From IMG/VR virus record IMGVR_UViG_2690316278_000003: 4,877 bases of DNA; one strand, 5' to 3'. Both the position numbers and the translations under genes were made by a program. Every line of letters starts with the position of its first letter. Within the stretch, counting starts at the first letter, position 1. This stretch comes from a virus. Taxonomy: Duplodnaviria > Heunggongvirae > Uroviricota > Caudoviricetes. Of this stretch, positions 1-4,877 are shown piece after piece. The notes under the pieces are model-generated. The model was not told the DNA's origin. It ran no database searches and saw nothing but the letters and a program-made list of their open reading frames with translations.

Positions 1-297
1 ATTGATTTCATCAAACTGCTCATCGTCCATTAGCAACCCCGCATGCGTCAGCGCATCCAGCGGCGCTTTCAGAATATTGTCCAGGTCACGGCGGCGCTTA
101 TCCGGTGGTTCTGCAATAATTTTTATTGCCAACCTTCCGGACAGGCTTAATTTCAGCCGCTGCTGGCGAACAATAAGCGCCACTGCCCGGCGATAACGCT
201 CCCCGGCTTTTGATACAAAATATGTGCTGCCACGACGACGCCAGTAAGTGTTCACCGTCGGCGGGTAAGGTAAAACAAATTCTATGCGCTCGGTCAT
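1..297 (-). CDS. rusA: RusA-family Holliday-junction resolvase, partial (N-terminal 99 codons; C-terminus lies beyond the left window edge)
   Basis: Minus-strand ATG at 297..295 directly after the TAA of the upstream gene (TAAATG). Hand translation gives MTERIEFVLPYPPTVNTYWRRRGSTYF...IIAEPPDKRRRDLDNILKAPLDALTHAGLLMDDEQFDEIN with no stop down to position 1. The PD(K/R)RRRDLDN...DAL...DD block matches the RusA motif recalled from E. coli RusA. Not in the supplied ORF track. Confidence 0.8.
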   Translation of the reverse strand, partial: MTERIEFVLPYPPTVNTYWRRRGSTYFVSKAGERYRRAVALIVRQQRLKLSLSGRLAIKIIAEPPDKRRRDLDNILKAPLDALTHAGLLMDDEQFDEIN

Positions 298-1356
298 TTA
301 TGCTTTCCACTTCAGAACACCCGAATTTCTCGCGTGCATTAAAAAACGAATCAGCAACAACAGCTGACTGCCGTGTTTCTCTTCAAAATCTTTTACTCCG
401 GCATGTAGTTCGTTACGGCATTTACGGCATAACGGAATAACAAACAAATCATCAGCCTTTGTTCCCATCCCTCCCAGTCCATGACCAATGATGTGATGCG
501 GATCATCTGCCTGATTGCCACACGTCATGCATTTCTGCGTTTTTACCCAGCGCGTGTATACAGGCATCTCTTCCCGTTGTGATTTCTGGCGCTGGAGATA
601 CTGAGCCGGTGACTCCGGATCAACGGCAATGCTGACCACCGTCTTTTCCTGTGGTGGGTTCTGTTGCTGGTGGACGTGAGGCAGTAACGCAATATTTTTT
701 GTGCGCTGCTTCAGTATGCTGGTGGCTGTCTGCTCTCCCGGTATGATGTCGCTTTCACTGTACACAGAGCGAATTTTTTCCGCACGCAACCCCAGCGAAC
801 GACGTAATACCGCTTCCGGTAGCGCGTCCGCCACCTGATTGCGGACCGCCCACCAGGATAATTCAGCCAGAGATAATTCACGCTCCTGCGTACCGCTTAT
901 TGCGTGACCGATGACGTCAATCATCCATGCTGACAGGTTTTGATGAGCAAGTTGCTCGAGTGATTCGGATGTCTGGTCACGCAGCTGGTTGTCGCAGTGC
1001 CAGCACAACACCATTGCGCCGGTACCATAACGGTGAATGACGGTTTCGCTGTGATGATAATCGCCGTGTGGCCACTGGCAGGATTTAATATGGCGCAACA
1101 GCCAGTCAGACAATGCACCAGCACCACCAGCAGCACGAATCACCCGTGCGTTACTGAAAAACGGCAGCAATGTTTTGTCTTCCACCAGCGGCTGGCGAGC
1201 GGCAGGAACGACCCCGGACGGCAGATTACGCATGCTTTTTGGTTCCGGCTCCACCAGTATTCTGCCGTTATGGAATGCTGACATTGATTCACGGCCTGGC
1301 TTAACGATAACCAGACCGAGTTCCGGTACCAGAACAGGTCGAAGTAATACCCGCAC
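298..1356 (-). CDS. YdfU-like phage protein (DUF968-type) with Cys/His-rich HNH-like C-terminal motif; 352 aa if the GTG start is used
   Basis: Long 352-codon minus-strand ORF. Apparent start is GTG at 1356..1354, 4 nt after a GGAGG SD and just after the upstream TAA. C-terminal region has CMTCGNQ...DPHHIIGHGLGG...LCRKCRNELH. Size and position (after a rem-like gene, before rusA/Q) match ydfU of the K-12 Qin prophage by recollection. Start codon is uncertain; the first in-frame ATG is codon 25. Confidence 0.75.
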   Translation of the reverse strand: MRVLLRPVLVPELGLVIVKPGRESMSAFHNGRILVEPEPKSMRNLPSGVVPAARQPLVEDKTLLPFFSNARVIRAAGGAGALSDWLLRHIKSCQWPHGDYHHSETVIHRYGTGAMVLCWHCDNQLRDQTSESLEQLAHQNLSAWMIDVIGHAISGTQERELSLAELSWWAVRNQVADALPEAVLRRSLGLRAEKIRSVYSESDIIPGEQTATSILKQRTKNIALLPHVHQQQNPPQEKTVVSIAVDPESPAQYLQRQKSQREEMPVYTRWVKTQKCMTCGNQADDPHHIIGHGLGGMGTKADDLFVIPLCRKCRNELHAGVKDFEEKHGSQLLLLIRFLMHARNSGVLKWKA

Positions 1357-1357
1357 A

Positions 1358-1636
1358 TTACCTCCAGATCCGTTGCTGGAATGTGCGGGACGGACGCGTT
1401 GGCCGTTCGGAGTAAGGGAGCCTGACGGAGATTATCCAGTGACGGTAGTCGAGGCTAAGGGCTTTTTTAACCTCGCATCCGCGCCTGCGGTAACACTGAA
1501 TGAGCCATTCGGCCTGTTCTTCAGTGCATGGGGGATGCTGGTACCAATCAGATTTAAATGCGTGAGAGCGCCGCCCGTGCCTGCTGGCAAAGACGGCTGA
1601 ATTATCAGAATTGTGTAGTCTGGAATTTTGCGCCAT
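1358..1636 (-). CDS. hypothetical small protein (92 aa), translationally coupled to the downstream YdfU-like gene
   Basis: ATG at 1636 preceded by GGAGAAAGCCG (SD-like), the same initiation context used by the 200-aa gene in the other module copy. Stop TAA at 1360..1358 abuts the YdfU-like start. Unusually rich in rare AGG/AGA codons, so coding status is uncertain. Confidence 0.45.
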   Translation of the reverse strand: MAQNSRLHNSDNSAVFASRHGRRSHAFKSDWYQHPPCTEEQAEWLIQCYRRRGCEVKKALSLDYRHWIISVRLPYSERPTRPSRTFQQRIWR

Positions 1637-1702
1637 CGGCTTTCTCCGGTGGCACAGTGTTACTCAACAGGGGTTCAGCCCTGCGCTGAATTGTAGATGA
1701 AT

Positions 1703-1963
1703 TCACTCATCTTCAAAAGCAGAAAAACCAGCCTTAATCCCAGCTTCTTTCAGAGACGGCAACGATGTGACAAATTCATTTGCACGCGAAATAAAACCAT
1801 CCGTCACAAGCCCATCCACAAAATGAATTAACGCAGCTCCACTCTTCCTTTGTTGAGACTGTAAACATTTAATACGGCAGTGGCTGACAATAGCGCCATT
1901 CTCAACGCGCACAGTATAGAGGCCATCTTCACTAAAAATTTCACGTAATTCTTCGATTTTCAT
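1703..1963 (-). CDS. Rem-like small phage protein (86 aa), paralog of the ORF at 4295..4582
   Basis: ATG at 1963..1961 with GGAAGGA SD 8 nt upstream; begins MKIEELREIFSEDGLYTVRVENGAIVSHCRIKCLQSQQRKSG. About 85% identical at its N-terminus to the second copy. Placement directly downstream of hok mirrors the hokD-rem arrangement of the K-12 Qin prophage (recalled synteny, not a sequence match). Confidence 0.7.
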   Translation of the reverse strand: MKIEELREIFSEDGLYTVRVENGAIVSHCRIKCLQSQQRKSGAALIHFVDGLVTDGFISRANEFVTSLPSLKEAGIKAGFSAFEDE

Positions 1964-2083
1964 CAACAGAATCCTTCCAGATAAATAGCACTCCCCTGTT
2001 CGGGGTCCATCCCTCTTCTCCCTGCGCGCTACTTAAGTATTTTTGATTCTATTCCGGCACCATCTAAAACTTCAAACGCGTTG

Positions 2084-2115
2084 AAAATAAAAACAAAAAC
2101 CCGCCGAAGCGGGTT
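2084..2115 (-). terminator. Rho-independent terminator downstream of hok copy 1
   Basis: Minus strand reads CCCGC-TTCG-GCGGG followed by TTTTTGTTTTTATTTT (plus-strand stem 2100-2104/2109-2113, A-tract 2084-2099). Confidence 0.6.
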
Positions 2116-2183
2116 AAGTGTGGGTGCATTGAGGATGCCTGACCCATCAGAGGTGGCGAGGGATTTCTCCCCCGCCTGGTCTC

Positions 2184-2339
2184 TTACTCCTCAGGTTCGT
2201 AAGCTGTGAAGACAGCGACCTCCGTCTGGCCGGTTCGAATTCGTACCTCGCAGAGGTCTTTCCTCGTTACCAGTGCCGTCACTATGACGGTTAAACAGAT
2301 GACGATCAGGGCGATTAACATCGCCTTTTGCTGCTTCAT
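2184..2339 (-). CDS. hok: Hok/Gef-family type I membrane toxin (51 aa)
   Basis: Hand translation from ATG 2339..2337: MKQQKAMLIALIVICLTVIVTALVTRKDLCEVRIRTGQTEVAVFTAYEPEE, matching the Hok/Gef family and closely the HokD/RelF sequence as recalled. Strong SD AAGGAGAAG upstream. The track ORF 2184..2396 is the same frame with a 19-codon in-frame upstream extension (MNGKSRLASYVPKGKEKQA) that lacks an SD. Confidence 0.9.
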   Translation of the reverse strand: MKQQKAMLIALIVICLTVIVTALVTRKDLCEVRIRTGQTEVAVFTAYEPEE

Positions 2340-2404
2340 AGCCTGCTTCTCCTTGCCTTTCGGCACGTAAGAGGCTAACCTAGATTTGCCGTTCATAGAT
2401 TGAG

Positions 2405-2469
<65 letters not shown>

Positions 2470-2471
2470 GC

Positions 2472-2548
2472 TGGCCCACCACCGAGGACTCGAACCTCGC
2501 ACCGTCAACTTAGAAGGTTGATGCTCTATCCGGATGAGCTAGTGGTGG
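2472..2548 (-). tRNA. tRNA-Arg (anticodon UCU)
   Basis: Minus strand CCACCAC-TA-GCTC-ATCCGGATA-GAGC-A-TCAAC-CTTCTAA-GTTGA-CGGTG-CGAGG-TTCGAGT-CCTCG-GTGGTGG-G-CCA. All 7 acceptor pairs, anticodon stem and T-stem form; 77 nt with encoded CCA. Anticodon TCT in a 7-nt loop. Confidence 0.85.
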
Positions 2549-2549
2549 T

Positions 2550-2626
2550 TGGTGGCCCTTGCTGGACTTGAACCAGCGACCTGGCGATTATGAGTCGCTC
2601 GCTCTGACCAACTGAGCTAAAGGGCC
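2550..2626 (-). tRNA. tRNA-Ile2-like (anticodon CAU, ileX/ileZ type; automated tools may call it tRNA-Met)
   Basis: Minus strand GGCCCTT-TA-GCTC-AGTTGGTCA-GAGC-G-AGCGA-CTCATAA-TCGCC-AGGTC-GCTGG-TTCAAGT-CCAGC-AAGGGCC-A-CCA; 77 nt, acceptor fully paired, CCA encoded. Acceptor and T-arm closely resemble E. coli ileX as recalled. Separated from tRNA-Arg by 1 nt. Confidence 0.85.
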
Positions 2627-2635
2627 GGAGGCAGA

Positions 2636-2665
2636 ATAATAACCATATGTCATCACATCTGCAAA
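2636..2665 (-). promoter_or_regulatory. Candidate sigma70 promoter for the tRNA cluster (weak -35, good -10)
   Basis: Minus strand TTTGCA/TTGCAG (2665-2659), 17-18 nt spacer, TATTAT (2641-2636), then GC-rich CTGCCTCC before the tRNA-Ile 5' end at 2626. By-eye hexamer match only. Confidence 0.25.
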
Positions 2666-2712
2666 CTCATCTGACCACCAGCACGTTTAACGTCCTGTGC
2701 CGTTTTTCAGGT

Positions 2713-2738
2713 ATAAAAAAACCCGCATAAAGCGGGCT
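2713..2738 (-). terminator. Rho-independent terminator about 80 nt downstream of the Q-like gene (tR'-like position)
   Basis: Minus strand GAGCCCGC-TTTAT-GCGGG followed by TTTTTTTAT (plus-strand stem 2722-2726/2732-2736, A-run 2713-2721). Confidence 0.55.
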
Positions 2739-2815
2739 CTTTCAAATGTCCATGTCTGCTATTCGCCTCGCGGTACAGCTTTGCGAAGCGTACAAGAATT
2801 GAAGCAGTTTTTACG

Positions 2816-3370
2816 TCAAAAAGCAATAACTTTTTTCTCTATACCAAAAGCCATAACCATTGGTTTGTACAAAATAAATTCTGCCACCTTTAGCCAATGC
2901 TCAATGCGTCTTTCACAGGTTCTTAAACTCCATTTCGGGTGTGCATCATTCAGCAGTTCAGCCATTTTGCGTTTGGTCATCCCCCGCCCCTCATACCGTT
3001 GCCGAAGGACGCTAATCAATCCTGGATGCTCTGCCAGCACCTCACTTATGACCCGATCAATACATAACGCCTCTGCATCAGTACAATGCGCCAGCCAGCT
3101 CTTTTGCTTACCGTTAATCATATCCCGCAAAAAAGCCTCAAGTTCAGACTTGTTCAGACCTGCTTTTTTCATCCTCCGGAGCGCCTCGTTAATTGCCGTT
3201 TTTGTCAGCTTTTTAGAGGTCAACATCAGGTTAAACATATTCCCCGTCTTACCGCCACCAATATACGACCAGCGCCCCCACATACGTAGTTTTCCCTGAA
3301 TCCAGACACTTTCCAGCGTGGTGAGACGAAGGTGTTCTCCGCTTTTTCCTGTATTCGTTGGGTAAATCAT
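2816..3370 (-). CDS. Putative late-gene regulator in the antiterminator-Q position (184 aa); assignment by synteny only
   Basis: ATG at 3370..3368 preceded by AAGGAGG, overlapping the YbcO-like stop (TTATGA). Product begins MIYPTNTGKSGEHLRL. Sits between a ybcO-like gene and the terminator/tRNA cluster, where Q lies in lambdoid and Stx phages. No Q sequence motif recognised. The 40-codon upstream extension in the track is rejected. Confidence 0.55.
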   Translation of the reverse strand: MIYPTNTGKSGEHLRLTTLESVWIQGKLRMWGRWSYIGGGKTGNMFNLMLTSKKLTKTAINEALRRMKKAGLNKSELEAFLRDMINGKQKSWLAHCTDAEALCIDRVISEVLAEHPGLISVLRQRYEGRGMTKRKMAELLNDAHPKWSLRTCERRIEHWLKVAEFILYKPMVMAFGIEKKVIAF

Positions 3371-3657
3371 AAATATCCCTCCTTTCTCCAGATTTCTTGT
3401 GTGCGAAAAACACCTTCTGCATGCATCAGGCGTAATTCTTCTTTGGTGTAATCGCTGGTTTTTACCCGCCCGTCGATTAAATCGTGGCACGAGCTACAGG
3501 CAATCGCTGCCTGCATATCGTGTGGCTTTATCGCTGTTCCGCACGTTCCCGCCAGTCGGTAATGCGCCAGCACAGACGTTTCCGGATCGTGATTGCAGTA
3601 GCCAGGAATTCTGACGGTGCACATCTGCCCCCGCGCCGCTTTACGTAAATCCACCAT
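3367..3657 (-). CDS. ybcO: YbcO-like (DUF1364) phage protein, putative nuclease, 96 aa
   Basis: MVDLRKAARGQMCTVRIPGYCNHDPETSVLAHYRLAGTCGTAIKPHD...IACSSCHDLIDGR matches the recalled DLP12 YbcO pattern (ADLRKAARG..C.VRIPG.CN..PETSVLAH.RL...). ATG at 3657..3655 overlaps the upstream TAA by 1 nt. Confidence 0.85.
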   Translation of the reverse strand: MVDLRKAARGQMCTVRIPGYCNHDPETSVLAHYRLAGTCGTAIKPHDMQAAIACSSCHDLIDGRVKTSDYTKEELRLMHAEGVFRTQEIWRKEGYL

Positions 3658-4256
3658 TACGCAAACTCCAGCAGCTGCGCGGCCACATTTTCGACTTGTT
3701 CCGGAGAGGAAAATTTACGGAACAGAATCCAGTTCCACAGCACATTCAGAACAGATTTATAAACCTGCTGAAACTCGGTTTCGTCCATATTCGCAAACGC
3801 GATAGATTTCGCCCGACACCCACGGCTACCGTCCGGATAAAAATGCTCGGTGTAAAATCCAGCCTGAATGGTTACCCACTCGCGAAAAGCCTCAAACGAC
3901 TTTAGCAATGCCGTATCCCGGGTTCTGCGTGTCGCAACTGTATTCAGATATTGCTCTGCGGCTTCGCTCAGAGCTGGCGTATGTTCCCGGCCTACTGATT
4001 CACACAGGTAATCAACGAAACCGGACACCAGTTTTCGTTCGCGAGGCGTGATCGCCCCACCGACCGGAGTCCAGTAATCGAAACCCAGTTGCAGGAGTTT
4101 GAAAAAACGCTTGTGGAATGCGTAGTTACACACACGCTTAAAGTCTGCGTGTATCCACTCACCTATTTTGATTTGATGCAGAAAATCGCAACTCTCCGGC
4201 GTCGCCGGGAGAAGTAATCCGGAAGAGGTTTGTTTGACCAGTTGTATATGTGCCAT
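3657..4256 (-). CDS. Hypothetical phage nin-region protein (200 aa), possibly DUF1367-family
   Basis: ATG at 4256..4254 preceded by GGAGAAAGCCG; product begins MAHIQLVKQTSSGLLLPATPE. Continuous ORF to TAA at 3659..3657, coupled to ybcO. The track's 14-codon 5' extension has no SD. The DUF1367 suggestion rests on typical prophage gene order and is unverified. Confidence 0.7.
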   Translation of the reverse strand: MAHIQLVKQTSSGLLLPATPESCDFLHQIKIGEWIHADFKRVCNYAFHKRFFKLLQLGFDYWTPVGGAITPRERKLVSGFVDYLCESVGREHTPALSEAAEQYLNTVATRRTRDTALLKSFEAFREWVTIQAGFYTEHFYPDGSRGCRAKSIAFANMDETEFQQVYKSVLNVLWNWILFRKFSSPEQVENVAAQLLEFA

Positions 4257-4294
4257 CGGCTTTCTCCGGTGGCACGGTGTTACACAGCAGGAGT

Positions 4295-4582
4295 TCAATC
4301 CTGCTCAAGATTGTAGATGAGTTTATTCTTCAGCAAAAGCAGAAAACCAGCCTTAAAACCAATCTCTTTCAAAACCCGTAATGATGTGACAAATTCGTCC
4401 TCACGCAAAATAAAACCGTCCGTCAGAAGTCCATTACAAAAATAAAATAACACAGCACCGCTCTTCCTTTGTTGAGATTGCAAACATCTAATGCGGCAAT
4501 GGCTGACAATCGCTCCATTCTCAACGCGCACAGCATAGAGGCCATTTTCACTAAAAATTTCACGCAATTCTTCGATTTTCAT
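4295..4582 (-). CDS. Rem-like small phage protein, second copy (95 aa, divergent extended C-terminus)
   Basis: ATG at 4582..4580 with GGAAGGA SD; MKIEELREIFSENGLYAVRVENGAIVSHCRIRCLQSQQRKSG. Paralog of 1703..1963; the C-terminus differs after KAGF because of a 1-nt difference in a homopolymer. Confidence 0.7.
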   Translation of the reverse strand: MKIEELREIFSENGLYAVRVENGAIVSHCRIRCLQSQQRKSGAVLFYFCNGLLTDGFILREDEFVTSLRVLKEIGFKAGFLLLLKNKLIYNLEQD

Positions 4583-4700
4583 CTTCAGAATCCTTCCAGA
4601 TAAATAGCTCTCCCCTGTTCGGGGTCCATCCCTCTTCTCCCTGCGCGCTACTTAAGTGAGTCGATTCTATCTGCGAAGGTGCGCGAATCAAATTCACCGG

Positions 4701-4754
4701 AAATAAACAACAAAAAACCCGCCGAAACGCTGAGAGATCACAGCGATGGGCGGG
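4701..4754 (-). terminator. Rho-independent terminator downstream of hok copy 2 (extended two-part stem)
   Basis: Plus-strand CCCGCC (4718-4723) pairs with GGCGGG (4749-4754), with an inner CGCTG/CAGCG stem. On the minus strand it is followed by a T-rich tract (plus-strand A-tract 4701-4717). Positional homolog of the 2084-2115 terminator. Confidence 0.5.
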
Positions 4755-4831
4755 TTAAGTGCGGGTGCGTTGAGGATGCCTGACACATCAGAGGTGGGCG
4801 GGGATGGGATCAGCTCCCCGCCCGGTCACTC

Positions 4832-4877
4832 TTACTTCCTGGATTCGTAGTCTACGAAGACAGCGACCTCCGTCTGG
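4832..4877 (-). CDS. hok: Hok-family toxin, second copy, partial (C-terminal 15 codons plus stop; rest beyond the right edge)
   Basis: Minus-strand translation of 4877..4832 gives ...QTEVAVFVDYESRK then TAA, homologous to the C-terminus of hok copy 1 (QTEVAVFTAYEPEE) and other Hok/Gef proteins. Embedded in the duplicated module. Confidence 0.7.
   Translation of the reverse strand, partial: QTEVAVFVDYESRK

Larger units (their letters stand above)
1626..2230. repeat. Copy 1 of the duplicated hok 3' end / terminator / leader / rem module (homologous to 4252-4877)
   Basis: By-eye alignment: 1626-1650 matches 4252-4276 (gccatcggctttctccggtggcac), 1993-2038 is identical to 4611-4656, and 2212-2230 is identical to 4859-4877. 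Intervening segments are divergent but alignable with indels. Confidence 0.85.
4252..4877. repeat. Copy 2 of the duplicated hok/rem module (homologous to 1626-2230), running off the right edge
   Basis: Same alignment as for copy 1. Homology continues to the window end inside hok, so the true repeat is longer than visible. Confidence 0.85.

Noticed and set aside
2-440. Plus-strand ORFs 2..196 and 210..440 and minus-strand ORF 98..310 from the six-frame track
   Set aside because: They overlap the minus-strand frame that encodes a clear RusA-family protein (ATG 297, open to the window edge) and show no SD or recognisable protein features.
921-1600. ORFs 921..1136 (-), 997..1281 (+), 1140..1358 (-) and 1175..1600 (+)
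   Set aside because: All lie inside or antisense to the long YdfU-like and 92-aa coding frames; compositionally odd translations (runs of T/S/R/P); no independent start signals.
2340-2396. 19-codon in-frame N-terminal extension of hok (MNGKSRLASYVPKGKEKQA), possible mok-like reading frame
   Set aside because: No SD upstream (the sequence is tRNA-derived); Hok-family toxins are about 50 aa and the internal ATG has a strong SD. Kept as a note under the hok finding, not annotated as a gene.
2697-3299. Plus-strand 200-aa ORF (and nested 3086..3289) opposite the Q-like gene
   Set aside because: Antisense shadow ORF of the minus-strand Q-like gene; its start lies inside the terminator region with no SD, and the translation is low-complexity and Ser/Arg-rich.
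3371-3490. 40-codon N-terminal extension of the Q-like ORF (track start at 3490)
   Set aside because: It would overlap the ybcO-like coding sequence by 120 nt in another frame, whereas the internal ATG at 3370 has a strong AAGGAGG SD and the classic ATGA stop/start overlap.
3399-3905. Plus-strand ORFs 3399..3614, 3617..3805 and 3696..3905
   Set aside because: Antisense to the well-supported ybcO-like and 200-aa genes; no RBS; likely shadow ORFs.
4257-4298. 14-codon N-terminal extension of the 200-aa ORF (track start at 4298)
   Set aside because: No SD upstream, and the track evidently counts non-ATG starts; the ATG at 4256 has a GGAGAAA SD at ideal spacing and matches the shared initiation context of the other module copy.

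Overview
This window reads as the nin/late-control region of a lambdoid prophage of E. coli/Shigella type, with every credible gene on the minus strand. In transcription order (high to low coordinates) it holds: the 3' end of a hok-family toxin gene, a Rem-like small protein, a 200-aa hypothetical protein, a YbcO-like (DUF1364) protein, a Q-like protein, a terminator, tRNA-Ile(CAU), tRNA-Arg(UCU), a 3'-truncated tRNA-Thr(UGU)-like pseudogene, a complete hok toxin gene, a second Rem-like gene, a 92-aa hypothetical, a YdfU-like (DUF968) protein and the start of rusA. The most notable points are that a ~600-bp hok-rem module is present twice in tandem in front of two different gene cassettes, and that the complete hok copy sits directly behind the Q-tRNA cluster with a tRNA fragment where its sok/mok leader should be. 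All identifications rest on reading the sequence and on recalled family knowledge; no database search was run. The plus-strand ORFs in the supplied track look spurious, and the track missed rusA at the left edge.
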